This document shows positions 1 to 12,616 of a stretch of 64,000 nt of DNA, piece by piece. Made by a program: the position numbers and the translations under genes. The DNA lies in contig CM082587.2 of NCBI GenBank assembly GCA_040954595.2, forward strand, positions 8,561,403 through 8,625,402, given 5' to 3'. The notes below the pieces were generated by a model. The model saw nothing but the letters and a program-made list of their open reading frames with translations. It ran no database searches and was not told where the DNA came from. The DNA comes from Balanoglossus misakiensis (Eukaryota; Animalia; Hemichordata). Within the stretch, counting starts at the first letter, position 1; each line of letters starts with the position of its first letter.

Positions 1-809
1 CAACCCTGAGGGCTTCGGCTATGTGTTCTGGATCATGTAAATAATCACACAGTGTCCTCAATGCTCTCTGTCTGGTTATCAGTTCTTCATCTTTTAACTC
101 ACGATTCTGTTGAGAAGTTTGATTGATTTGAAGTACAATATTTTTTCTTTCCTGCACCTTGTTTTAAAAACACCCACGGGCCACAGTTGAGCAGTAGTTA
201 TGCAAGGCAATATTTTTGTACTTAACAGATTGACTCACATTGGTAGAAAGTGCAGTGATATTTATTACACCTTTAGCTGTGGTAACGCAGCTGTACCGTT
301 GGGGGTGTCCGTGGGGGTAATCAGCCCCCCCCCCCCCCACGGTACAGCTGCGTACCACAGCTATTACACCTTCAAAGTGTAGTCACAAAAGACTGTTTAG
401 TAACATTATTCTACCCATGGCTTTTAGTTAGGATGGATAGGTACATGTGTGATGTGAGTCGTTCACTTTCCTCACATGAACGATTACTCTGAATGCAATG
501 TGTGTCGAGTACAACTAATTTTCGCAGTATACTAACAACCCAGAGGTTGCCACACAAACATACAACAATATTGAATTGATTATCGCACTGTCTCATCACT
601 TACACTAGCAGTGTCTGCTATGCACAGGGAGTCCTTGGTGATACTCTAGAGTCTGGTAGTGATAATGAGCTGTTTGGACTGAGGAGTCAAAAACAAGCTG
701 TGTTATTCACACTTACCAATCGAGGAAGCGCACGATCACCGTACGCAAGTGGTGCCTTGGTTACGTCTATGTCGGGTGGCAAATGGGCAGATATTCTGGT
801 TGTTGCCAT
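1..809 (-). CDS. RSPH14: Radial spoke head 14 homolog (RTDR1), 5' part. Coding exons 809-717 and 106-<1; the gene continues beyond the window
   Basis: Exon 1 reads MATTRISAHLPPDIDVTKAPLAYGDRALPRL then GTAAGT. A CAG acceptor precedes exon 2, NRELKDEELITRQRALRTLCDYLHDPEHIAEALRV. The splice is in frame, and the peptide matches the RSPH14 N-terminus (AYGxRALPKL..EL...RQxAL..LCD..HDPE). Confidence 0.93.
274..363. mobile_element. 90-bp palindromic MITE, Academ(H)-type, in RSPH14 intron 1
   Basis: TAG...CTA termini, about 25-bp inverted arms, and a perfect 9-bp TSD TTACACCTT (265-273 and 364-372). Confidence 0.8.
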
Positions 810-901
810 CTTGAGCGACACTAACTGTTATTAGATTGGCTCTTCAATGGAAATGGACGGCACCGAGCGTAGTGAAAATTGTGGTCAGCGCTCAGGTGTT
901 T

Positions 902-971
902 GTTGCTAGGCGAAGATAAATCTACCCACAATGCCACGCGCTGTTTTATTACGGCATTATCAGTAAACAAA
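902..971. promoter_or_regulatory. Candidate RFX X-box and forkhead (FOXJ1-like) sites upstream of RSPH14
   Basis: GTTGCTAGGCGAA (902-914, imperfect X-box) and GTAAACAAA (963-971), about 95-160 bp upstream of the ATG of a motile-cilia gene. Confidence 0.5.
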
Positions 972-1280
972 AGTTCGAACAAGATTTGGAGTTTACATGA
1001 TCATATGTATCATTTATGTAAACTATTAATTTTCATTTTATTTAAGATAAAGTCTTTCAGACAGGGGAAACTTAGCAAATGTCAAGATTAACCCAAGACT
1101 AGAATATTTGTAATACACACTTCGTGAATGACGTCATAGGTATTCCCTCGACCAGTCTGGCCGCATTCCCCGGTAGAGGGCGTAGAGAATAGGGTAAGGC
1201 CTGAGAAACGTTTGTTTATTACCAGTGACAATTGGAACATTTTATTGGTGGGGTGTTTATCTACAAATAAGCGTCTAGAA

Positions 1281-1885
1281 TTATTATTATCATTATAAAC
1301 TTTATTTCGGACTCATGGTCCATATTACAGTAAGACTAATTAGGTGAAAGGGAAAACAAATAAATTACATATATATCTAGATGACAAAAAGAAGCTTACT
1401 CCATAAGCTCAAAGTTTCAGAATTAAAATACAGTGCACTTGCCGCACAATTACATTTTGGCAGTTCAAAAATCGTTGCTTGAGACTAAAAATTTGCCTTC
1501 TAAGCAGGGCATCGAACGTATCTATTCTGTTTGTCACAAACATAGAGCTCACACTGCTATGTCTATCATATCCCAATAGGATACGAGCAGCGTTGTTGTA
1601 TGCAATTTTCAATTTCCTCATTGTGCTGACAGTGAATTTTACCCACATTGGGCTTCCATACATTTGGTAACAATATGTTTTGAATAGAATACTCTTAATG
1701 TCAAAAGTACATCTGAAAACATTTCTCTTAAGCATGTTAGCTGACAGATAGAAACATCGCATCTGACGCTCAATATCATCATCATCGTGGAGATGATCAT
1801 TGAGGATGAAACCCAGATGCTTTTTCTTTGTTACAAATGCTAGTTTAACGATAGCGCATTTTTTCGTCATTTTAAAGCACAATGT
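1281..1885 (-). mobile_element. 5'-truncated non-LTR retrotransposon 3' end (RTEX-like)
   Basis: ORF 1409-1882 has RT-thumb/C-terminal motifs (HLGFIL..DDDDIERQMR..ANML..LFKTYC..MYG..W..AYNNAARILLG). AATAAA and a (TAA)n tail lie near 1281-1306. Confidence 0.8.
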
Positions 1886-2162
1886 CTGCCATGTCTTCTA
1901 TCCCTGATCAGGTTTTTCACACCTGCGGTGTCATTGTGGGGAAACAAAGCACTAAAAAACACCAGGACATACACTCTTTTGTTATTAAAGAAATAAGTAA
2001 GAACGTGTATTTCATGTAAAATTAATTTCAAATAGGGTTATCGTTTATTACATATGAAAAGTGCTTGGTGAAGTCACATGAAAACATTATACAAGGAGAT
2101 CACAACAATTCCCATTCCTTTCTTCATAACTTGTCGTAAATTGGAACACACCATTTCATTTC

Positions 2163-2984
2163 TTATTTCAGCGATGATGGCTGTTCGACCCGATGTTTAT
2201 TCATACTGAATTCAAAGTCATAGAAAGAAAACTCGTTGTGACCATAGTAATCACTCGATGCATATGTATCAGTCTTCAGGTCTTTCTTTGAAGTAGCACT
2301 TCCCGTCTTCGGTGTTTCTGCAGGAATTCAGGAGAAAGGGAAGATAATATTAAATTCCAACATGGATCTGTCAAGTTCACTAGTCAACATAATGGTAGTG
2401 CCTCACTGACAGTAATCATTCACTTATCAACACATCTCATCCAGTTTAATAATACTACATTATGATTGTTCACTCCACCTTCAGGTAGAGTGCATTGTTT
2501 GCACCAGTCCAGCAACCTTGTTTATGGCCTTCTACTGAACAACAGTTCTGACAACTGGTAAACACCAGCCAATATGTGTTTACCACACACATTATTAAGA
2601 AACCATTACCAACAGAAGTCGTTGTAATGTATTCACTACATAGAAAACATTTCAGTGATGGTCAATGTCTATTCTTACCTTTCGGTGATACATTCTTATC
2701 TGCTTTTATGCTTATATCAGATTCTTTGGAAATTCTACTATATGTGACACCGTGTAGCCTCTGTGAAAATAAAATATGATTGGATGACTCTCAATAGCTA
2801 GTATTTAATTACTTGACCCATTGTTTGAACTTTACTCTAGAATACCCGTACGCAGGGTACGCCATCTTTTTTCCGTAAACTGAATTCGTACCAAATGTGT
2901 TGATAAATTAGATATACTATCCCTTACCTGATGGCATCTAGATGTTAGAATTATTGGTCTTAGAAATCTTTGTACGGCAAGCAT
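2163..2984 (-). CDS. NDUFV3: NADH dehydrogenase [ubiquinone] flavoprotein 3 (complex I 10-kDa subunit), 97 aa. Exons 2984-2928, 2760-2679, 2317-2163
   Basis: GT-AG introns of phase 0 and 1 join in frame. The N-terminus MLAVQRFLRPIILTSRCHQRL is Arg-rich and presequence-like. The C-terminus DTYASSDYYGHNEFSFYDFEFSMNKHRVEQPSSLK* matches the NDUFV3 motif (Y..Y.F.D....KxRxxQPSS). AATAAA lies at 2044-2049. Confidence 0.9.
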
Positions 2985-3059
2985 GGTTGATATGGCAGTT
3001 TTAGGGTCTCTCACAGCCAGCTGCGTCAGTAACTTAGTTACAGAGGAGAACACTTTTAA

Positions 3060-3079
3060 GCGCATGCGCAATCGGAAGT
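3060..3079. promoter_or_regulatory. NRF1 plus ETS/GABP motifs in the NDUFV3 promoter
   Basis: GCGCATGCGCA (3060-3070) next to CGGAAGT (3073-3079), about 80 bp upstream of the ATG. Confidence 0.65.
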
Positions 3080-3907
3080 TCCCTGGTCTGGTTCCCTGCC
3101 CCATACTCACCGCTGGCTGCGCTACACTAAAACTGCGCAGCGGCGGGAATGGACCAGGACAGAATTTGTACTATATACATTTAAAATATTTCTTTTTTCC
3201 AACAAATTTGTAATGCTAGAAGGGCAATTTGTTTCCTTTCAAACTTTTGACTATTTCTCTGTGTTACCAAGCCCAAGGTCATCCCCTTCGGGAGGGGGTA
3301 TGATATCAGCGACTTTTTGACACAGAACAAATCACATTGGTGGTTGTCCCTATTAAACTGACCAGTCTCCAAATTGTTTTTGTTTCCTTTCAAACTTTTG
3401 ACCATTTTCTGGCACTCCTCCCTAACTATTTTAGGTTTTCTTATTTTGACTAATAACTGGCATAGTCAGAACGTAAGTGCTTTAATCTGGTTGGATTATT
3501 TCATTACATACATATTATCAGTTGACACCACAATTTCCAGAGTTCGTGTCCATCTTTTTGGACGTGAGCACGATTCCGTATAGGCACGCCTCAATCTTAG
3601 TCAAGCGAGTTAGTCCTACCACAAACTAAGTTTTGTCATTCCCTGTTCAAGTCGCCGGTGCAAACCCCCCCCCCCCCCCGAGTGACAGCTGCTTGAGTTT
3701 ATGCGACCCACTTGACTAACACATATAGCCCGACCAGGTAATTGTGTGTGGCCGATCAACTGCATGTAGTTTATACGGGAGAGAACGGTTTGGGTTATGT
3801 CACTGCCAAAAATGATCATGGATTGGAGAAATAATGAATTAAAACAAATAAATGGACACTTATGGCACCCCTCCCCAAAATAGGATAACTACTAGTTTTT
3901 TAAATTG

Positions 3908-3918
3908 AAAAAAAAAAA
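3908..3918 (-). terminator. Pol III oligo-T terminator of the 5S gene
   Basis: T11 run 3 nt downstream of the 5S 3' end on the minus strand. Confidence 0.85.
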
Positions 3919-3921
3919 TTC

Positions 3922-4041
3922 AAGCCTACGGCACGTGGTATTCCCAGGCGGTCACCCATCCAAGTACTAACCACGCCCAACGCAGCTTAACTTCGGTGAT
4001 CGGACGAGAACCGGTGTATTCTACGTGGTATGGCCGTAGGC
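3922..4041 (-). rRNA. 5S rRNA: 5S ribosomal RNA, single copy
   Basis: 120 nt, GCCTACGGCCATACCACG...GATCACCGAAGTTAAGC...TTAGTACTTGGATGGGTGACCGCCTGGGAATACC...GCCGTAGGCTT. Box A and box C are intact and the terminal stem pairs perfectly. Confidence 0.98.
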
Positions 4042-7000
4042 ATTAGAAATAGGAATTTCGGCACCCATAAACCTAACGGAAACCAATTTCTTTGCGTAAC
4101 TAAATGTATGCGTAAAGATTAAGATGAAATATCGACGGGAACAGGGGAAAATCGGGAAGAAAATATTGGGAAGGCCCATTGTCAAATGATGGCGCGCATG
4201 CGCTGGTCTATATTCGGCCGGAATGTAGATAGTACAGCGCCCCCAGTGGGCAAGGCACTAGTGTTGTGTCCTCATCAATATTTTTTACATAAAATTGTAT
4301 ATACATTTAAAATATATATATTTCTTTTCTCCAACAAATTTGTATTGCTTGAAGGGCAATTTGTTTCTTTTCAAACTTTTGACCATTTCTCTGTGTTGCC
4401 AAGGCTACCCGCTTCTTGGGGGGGGGGGGGGGAGGGGGGGGGGGGATCAGCGACCTTTTGACAGACCATTATCGAAATATATGAATTGATTACATAACAT
4501 TCGTTAATCCATGGTGGTTTTGTCGAAGACAGCGTTTCGCTTAGCACTACAATTTGTGCGCGGTCCAGCTTTCGACGCACAGTATTTTTTTTTTTTTTGC
4601 ACTGCAGGGTTCGCCCCCTTGCTTTGTCCCCGGCAGCAGATATATTGGCTTATATAAATTATCAGCTATTAGACCGGATTTTCCGAATGAATCGTACACA
4701 TCGGACACGCGACAATGATTTATTATGAGTTTGTTTACCAAAATGATGAATGTATAGTTTGTCGCATGTAACATTTGAACAAGATAACCTTCGAATTTGA
4801 TTGAATACTGTAAGTGGGCAACAGGGTTTGTAGATATGCAGATCGTTTACTTCCTTCTGCGGGGTTAGATAAACGACTTTACCAATCAACAAATAGTTTC
4901 CAAGCGAATATTATCGTTCAAATTCAGTTTATACCTCACGGTGATTCATTCACGAAAGCCTGGTACAGTGACCTGGTTTCTAAGTAAAGATCTCTTAGTC
5001 ATCAAAATACCCACGCGATGAAGTCGATAATAATGTAACTGACAACTGTATACGTGTATGTCAACTGCATAAATGTTATAAGTGCCATAAACTGTTTTGC
5101 TTTCAGTTTCGCTTTATATAAGTACTACGCTTTAAGATCAAGTTCTGCTTGTAGACTACAACCCGGTTTCATTTTTACAGCTAGTTATACATGTAGTGAA
5201 ATGGGGTTGACGTGAATGCAAAAACTTATGTCTACAGGCCATAGTTTATTTTCTCACCGACCGCTTTCTGCGTCTCTACACAATACAGTAGCCATTCGTG
5301 TACTATTGACCTTTTGGAGAAACGGTGGCCTACTATAAATAGGCATATATCTCACTTGGACAGTCCGGCAATCTGACAGCTAGCCCCGTATGACAGATCG
5401 TCATATAACTCTAATAGCTGATAGCGCAACAATATAGTGTCAAAGGCTATGTTTCGTCAAAGGGCAAACGCCAGAAAGGTTTGGTACCTAAATACATTTA
5501 TTTCCACGATCCCCACTATCGTGGGCGTTACTTTTGCGTCACAGTTCTGCATGCCCCTTGTACAACATCAACAACAACAAACTCGTTTTGGCATACACCT
5601 AATGTTTTTTTTTCTTTAAGAAGTTTATCCAATGATTTTATACTATACGCCATAATTCCTTGATTGCACACTGTTGATGTACTCATAGGCACTGTGATTT
5701 ATCGGTGTACATACACTGTGATGTGAACAGCAGAGTGGTGACATTGGCTTCTTCTGACATTGAAACCTACATTTGTAAATGTGGATACCTATAAATGGCG
5801 CCCGTTTCGTGGCATAAGTTTTACACATGGTATCATTGAATCAAAATGCAGAGTATTTTCATCAGACAGTATAGTTGAGAGGTCAAGAGGAATATTCTGA
5901 CCTCCTTCAGATTTCTTCAGATACTTCAAATTAATTCAGACAATTTGATATGAAATCAGTAGACTGGAACGGTCGGGGAAGTCTCCTTCTAATATAATGC
6001 TGCAGAAAATGTTGAATATTTGGTAAATAAGTGACATGATTTGGCGGCATTTGTATAGTTTTGCTATGTTTTGTTTTGTATTGTTTAGTGTAAGCTGTAA
6101 GTATAGGTTCCAAATATTCCGCTTTGGTAATTACCAAGGCACTTTTCATAGCACAACTTCACAGAGTACACATATAAGCTTCAGCTGGAATTACATCCCT
6201 CTATTTCTCGATTTGGTTATGTTTAACTATCCTGTGCTATATGTGGAGACTGCTTCTTTTTGGTATTCGTCCATCAACGAAATATAGCCACCAACTCCAA
6301 AATGCTTTCAGAAATTTTACTTTCCCAATCCGGAAAACAGCCCCATCCTCAAAAGTATAATAACTCTTGTTAATTCAATTCTGTCCAATGTGTTGGAGGT
6401 TACAATACAATCTTTATCTGATAGGGGTGTTCGCTGTTGTTCTTTTCACTATAAGGGGTCAGGTGACGTATATCGGGTTATACTGAGGTTATCAAAAATA
6501 TGGCATGCCATCACGAAAATGGACGTGGGGCAAAACATATGTTTAGCCAACCATGGTTTAGAGGGGCATGGCATAGCTCTCCTGTCCAAGAGCCATCTTC
6601 ATACCCCATAATATATACTCCGTCACAAGGATACTCAAGTACATATAAAATACAAGATGATGGCCAATTCCAAAACTCGCAACGACTCATTTCAAGAATA
6701 ATCGCAACATCAATGAAATCGTAATCGTGAGTCGTCTGTAAATTAAAACAAGGGCGAATTGGTAATAAAAACATCAAAATCGATGCTGATATTGCAGGTT
6801 CCACGATCTGAAACTATTAAAGTCAACAAATCTAGCTTCCAACTCCAGGACAACCTGGTTAAATCAAAAAGGGGATGATTGGCATTCATTGGGCCTATTT
6901 TGGCAAGGACACTGGGAAATAAAATGCGCCAGGAACGAAGAGTAAAATCCCACAATCAAGTCGGATTCCGACACCAAATATTCCACAAAGTTCTCTCACT

Positions 7001-10000
7001 GTTTCTGGTTATCTGACGGTTATTGTATCTGAGCATGTCTGTATATTCGTCTCGGAAATCCCCAATCAAGGTATACCGTAATTCTCTCAACTGTGTTGCT
7101 TAAATGGGATGGTAGGCCTAACTCACAACATCGATATCCGGTCCGTTTTAGAATAATTTAGCTCTTAATTGTTCGATTTCGCCCTATGGATGCACAAGCT
7201 AATAACACGTCATCTATCTGTGACTTGAACAGTCAAAAGTAAGCTGTATTGAGTCATAACGAATCAAAAAATTGGTAATACAGTCCACTGGCCTGAGATG
7301 GCAGGTAAGCTATCTATATGTACCATGCTTCTGTGTATGGCAGATTGGAATATTTCAAATGAACGAATTGCCCAAGAATATCAACTTAATCACCCATCTT
7401 ATAAAGCAACAACAATATCTAAAATAGGGACAATTTATTTCGATATTTTGAAGACGTTTTTGTCCTATAATTAACAAAAAACACCGATTTTACAAATGTT
7501 TCAACTGAATGCCACCATCTTTGAACCCCTAGCCGGAGTGGGATAATATGGCTGCCTCCAAGCTATATCCTTCTCTGATATAAAAAAACACAAAACATTT
7601 TCTCGCTCGGCTACAACACTAGAAAATCCACGTTTTTGTTATATACTTACTGGAAATTAAAATAATTTTACAGGTTCATTGAGTTTAAATACTTCAACCT
7701 AATGGGTGCCAATGTGTTGTATAGTCCTCGGTGTCGAATTATACTTATTGCAGATACTCGAATCTTAGTTTTTCTAAGGTTTAAAGGACATTGTAATTTA
7801 AACTTTGTGGCGAAAAGTCATTTAGTGGACTCAAGTTAATGAGGTTATAATATTCCTTCAAGTTGCCCATATTACGAGATGACGCACGTCAAAGGTATCA
7901 CTATGGGCTATGTCCTTTTAGTCATTTTGTCTGCAATACAACTGATTCAGAAGCTATCGTGAGTTAGTTTCGTCAAATAATGTGTGCCACAGTTGCGTGA
8001 ACAACAATTGTATGTTGAGAATATATAAATCGCTCGATAACGGAAATCCTCTTTGTCATTTTCGGAACAGGACTTCCATTCCAAATTATCCATAGATGAT
8101 TTTCGCCATAAAAGTTGCCCGTAACAACCACTGAGAAAACGGAATATATAATTTGACTAAATGGTTTAATATTAGTTTCGTTCATTATTTATCATCATGC
8201 CACGCCTTTTATGATGTCCAGAAATGTTTATAACTTTGAGTACAGAGTCCGTAGGAGTGGAATTAATTTGTGGTAAGACAGTAAATACGAAAAAGTGGAT
8301 GTCTTTCGTGTGAGAGATGGGATTGGCTGACGTTGCTGAGACATGATGATGCCTTTATTCTCAGAGACCTGGGTGGTACGGTACGAGCTGAACCCGATCT
8401 GTGATGTCAGACCAGAAACTGCATGAACACGTGGCAAAGCAAAAGACTCAATTTTTCGCGGTATTTTTTTCATATTCTCTAAGGGAATATTTGATTTTGA
8501 GTGTTTAGGTCGGTCTTCACTGAATAGGTACATGTTAGTCTACAAAAAGTCTCTATATTACCTGTTTTCGATTGAAACGACCATACGTGGAAATATTCTC
8601 TGGGCGCCAGAGTCTACATCGGCCCACCGGCATCGAGATGTCGACAGAAGAAAAATCAGCTATATCAAGTCAAGGATAATATCCATAATTGAAACGTCGT
8701 GGTCCATCTTGACAAAGTATTTCCATGACATCTACGCGGGAAGCGCAGATGGACCAGCTTTCCTTGGCAATGACCGACGATCCCTCTAGTCCTGGGCCGT
8801 TCACGCGAAAAAACGCTTAAAAGGAACCGATGGATACTTCAAATGTAAGTACATCACTAAGTATTCACTCACGATAATAATAGTAGATGCCAGTCGCAAT
8901 GAATTTCGATGATTTCGGACTAACCGAAATGAACGGAAGGGTAACTTAAATCGCTAACTCCATGAGGCTTACTTCCGTTGAATACAGAGAAATATTCGCT
9001 GCTACAAAAAAAAAAATGCACGCAGGTATACATACTATAGGTGCGCGGCCTTAATTATAAACGCAGGTCCTCCACAAGCCAGGTCAGGTGTGAAACGGTT
9101 TTCCTGTAACCCCGTATTGGGGACAACATCTGTACCGTCACTGAAGGTGACCTAGCTGGCAGCCGTGGAGGGACTGTGTGATAAATCCACAACGAATAGG
9201 TAATATTATTCACGCACTTTGACAACCCGACACTGCTATTTTCTAGCATGAGTCTAGAGTGAAGATATCCCAACTATCTGGCCGTTTATGCCGTTTTATT
9301 TAGCTTTTTGTCGGGCTTACTCAGCAATTTCGGTGAAACTCAAGCAGGCATAGTATAGTGCGGGGATTTTCCAACTGAACAAACCCTACGCCTACGAAAT
9401 ATAGGCGATGATTCATTCGCGTTCTTGCTTACTATTATACTTGAATGTAGTGACCTACATTATAGAATCCCCTTTACTCGAGAAATTGCCCTTTTGGAAC
9501 GTTGGACGCGATAACAATGCACATTTGTTTTGTACTCCAGTTTGACCGAGGCCCACTCCGCCATTCATATACGCTTACAATTACTGAAGGTGTTTTAAAT
9601 GGCCAACTTATTCGGAAACGTTTTTATAGTTTTCGTCTCGATTTCTCGTGAAATCGATTTGGACGATTTTCCAATGCGACATCTTATGCGCAATTTTAAT
9701 CAAAAATGGTTCATTCACGAAAACCCTAAGCTAGGACTCACACTGCAGAATCCAGCATGGATCCAAATTCTCGCTTTCGTTGTTCACTGTTATAGTTTAT
9801 GTTTTATTCGGCGCTTTCAAAACGCATCCGATAGCACTGTACTTCCAGTTCTTCACTAAGCTGATGTTTTTCGCTCAACGAATCGAATCAGTGACTTTAA
9901 TACTATCATTCTACATGTGTACATTCATGGACGTCCAATTCAGCTGAATGTGAGGCTGCGCAGTGCAATGTTAGCCGTCAAACTGTATTCTTCTTGCATC

Positions 10001-10665
10001 ATGAACTGTGTATAGTATGTGCACTGCAGTCATGGTTTGGGTGCTACGTTGAATGGAATGCGGGCAGATCTTCAGGTTGTCGGTGAAAAATGCGGGGGAA
10101 TATTAATAAAAAAACATCATGGACATATGGAAAAACCTAATGAGCTTGTAAATATACGTTGCCAATTGTTTTCGAAGAAAAACAGCAAAAAATGTTTGTT
10201 TTTAAGTCCCCAAATGACTGTCCACAGCGAATATACATTTTGTGGTTTTTCCCAGGCATACGATTAATCACCCTTGACGTAAATACTGAAGGTCGATGAC
10301 GAATCCCGCGCATGCGTATTGTAATGAGTGGGCATAACGCATCTTTTATCGGGTTTATGACCTCTGATCATGCTGTGCTGGAAACTGCTAATACACGGTA
10401 GTTAATCATGTCTCAGGAAAAAAACACAATTGTAAACACAAACCAATAAGAGATTACATCATTTGAGTGAAGCATGAGTGAAGTAAATCCATTCATTCTC
10501 TTTATAACACTTTGGTAACTGGTGAGGAAATGTTGGTTTTTGCATTAAAATTACGTATTCCTTATTTATCAGTGTATGGTCTTCTGAGGTGACATTTCAA
10601 CAATGATGCTGACAGCTGGTTACATGTCTGACAGTCTTTTAAATAATGTGTTCCTGTCTTTGGTA

Positions 10666-11065
10666 GTGACCTTTGACCTACTTTCCCATCTCTCGGCATC
10701 CAGAGCAGGTGCAGCCTTTTGAGGGATGAAATTATGCCGAATCTTTGGGTCACCTGTGACACCTGCTTAACTCATTAATTATGTGCATACCTAATTCCAG
10801 GCAAACCAAAAGGGCTAGAGGTTCGGTTTTTGTTGGACATGGACCAGTATGAGGTCAATTCCCCCCTCCCTAATTTTGGATGACCTCAGGTGACCTTTAA
10901 CCTACTTTCTCATATGTCGGCATCCACAGCAGCCTTGGCGTTTAGAGCGATGGAACATTGAATGGAGCCTTACAGTTTACCTCATTAATTATGCGCATAC
11001 CTAATTCCTGGCTAACCAATAGGGTTGGAGGACAGGTTTATGTTTGACATGGACCAGTATATGGT
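10666..11065. repeat. Two diverged tandem units (~225-bp period) of a satellite-like repeat
   Basis: GTGACCTTT.ACCTACTTTC..CGGCATCCA..CTCATTAATTATG.GCATACCTAATTCC..GACATGGACCAGTAT occurs twice. Confidence 0.75.
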
Positions 11066-12113
11066 GTTATAATAATCATAATTTAAACAATTATCCTCAA
11101 CAGGTTTTCAGATACTGTGTCTCAGAATTTTTCCTAACTTTTTAGGAATACATTATGAGTAATAAGATCTTTACAAATATGATCAACTGTTGATGATACA
11201 TTTTATTCATTTGGTAAAAATGAAAAATGACATGATTTATTGAGGGTGTTTTAGCTGACCATTGGTCTTTATTTACATCACTGCTCAGTAATTTGTATAA
11301 TTGTACATGCATTGACCTGTATTATGGTAACTTTACACTGAAATGGATCTAGGTATGAATTAACTTCAGCCACTTACTAAGACAGCATACATACTGATGT
11401 TACTGGCCAAAAAACAAACAAACGCACAGAAAACCTCATACATCCTCGTAGCAAGCTCTTCGTCTGAGGCACCTACATGTAGTCTAATGGTAAGCCTGTA
11501 TAATTGTATTCACACTGAACAAGTCTGACTGTTAAGTTAAACATGTAAATATCGTATATAATATTGGTGTTACTGTTCATGAGTCAATCTGGTGTTTAAT
11601 ACTTAAAAACTCAGTTGTTGCAATTTTTTAATTCAATACCACTCAAACTTTAATCAATGCATTAAAGCCCCAATAGCTGCCAATTTTTACATTATTTTTA
11701 TGAATTTACTTTCAAAATTAGCTAAGTGATAGGAATGCACAAACATATTATCAACCTCTGATTGTGGCTGTACATTTAAATATAGACAAGTAAATATAAA
11801 TTGTTCATGAAAAATTCAAAAATGTAGAGAACAAATATAACTTTGTTTTTTTTTTCAGTAACGTTATTCTATTTTTGAGTATTAATTTTCTATAATCATC
11901 TCAGTATAATTTATTTAGATAATTTGTAACTAACTACTGCTTTGCACTCAATGTCTGAAAAAAACAAACTTGAATAACAACAACAATAATAAATATACAA
12001 AATACAAAATAAAAATGTTGCAATGGACGCACACAATCACTGCCAATAAGAGAGCTTTTAACATCTCTATTAATCATATTCTGTGATACTAGTAAATGTA
12101 GACAAACGCTTAA

Positions 12114-12616
12114 AGGCACGTAAGCTGCAACTGGATAAAAAATTAAAGTTTTAAATAATCTCATATATGCTTTTAATTATGTCTATTAAATGCTATTTCA
12201 TGCTAATATATCAAGCTCAACACTTATTTATGACAAAATGGCCAAAAATTAAAGAAAACGAAAATTCCTGCAATTTTTAAAAAAGTGCAATATTGCAATG
12301 AAAAATGAAAATCTGATGTCTCAGTGGTGTACATTTACTTCCATGAGCTCAAGTGGATGAGATCATGTTTTGTTTATGATGTTTCACAACCGGAAATGCA
12401 ACATTTTCATTTTTTCTTGCATTTTCCCACGGTGGCGGCCATAATCGCTTGCGGCAAAGGTTTATTATTCATCTGGTTAAAACTTGCATATGCACTCATA
12501 TTTAGGGTTTATAATGCTTGTGTATTGTTCACTACCTTCATCTGCATGGACTAATGGTAGTGCAGTTTGAAACAAAAATTATGAAAATTATCCCAAAAGT
12601 TACAGCTTACGTGCCT
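12114..12616. mobile_element. TTAA-targeting MITE (Kolobok/piggyBac-type)
   Basis: TTAA|AGGCACGTAAGCTG...CAGCTTACGTGCCT|TTAA. Related left ends occur at ~22184 and ~54048. Confidence 0.85.

Larger units (their letters stand above)
3165..4465 (+). repeat. Diverged ~160-bp direct repeats (3165-3325 and 4294-4465; partial third copy ~3373-3410) bracketing the 5S gene
   Basis: Shared TATACATTTAAAATAT..TCCAACAAATTTGTA..GAAGGGCAATTTGTTTC..TCAAACTTTTGAC.ATTTCTCTGTGTT.CCAAG..ATCAGCGAC.TTTTGACA. Confidence 0.8.

Noticed and set aside
3082-3158. GC-rich stem-loop with an A-rich loop (SECIS or vault-RNA candidate)
   Set aside because: No AUGA/GA quartet, no Pol III boxes or terminator, and it lies upstream of a promoter. 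More likely a decayed palindromic MITE.
3922-4041. 5S-derived SINE3 or processed 5S pseudogene
   Set aside because: Full length, ends immediately in an oligo-T terminator, and has no LINE-like tail, poly-A or TSD.
5900-9300. Short ORFs in several frames that might be a decayed gene
   Set aside because: No recognisable motif, frequent stops, and no consistent splice chain.
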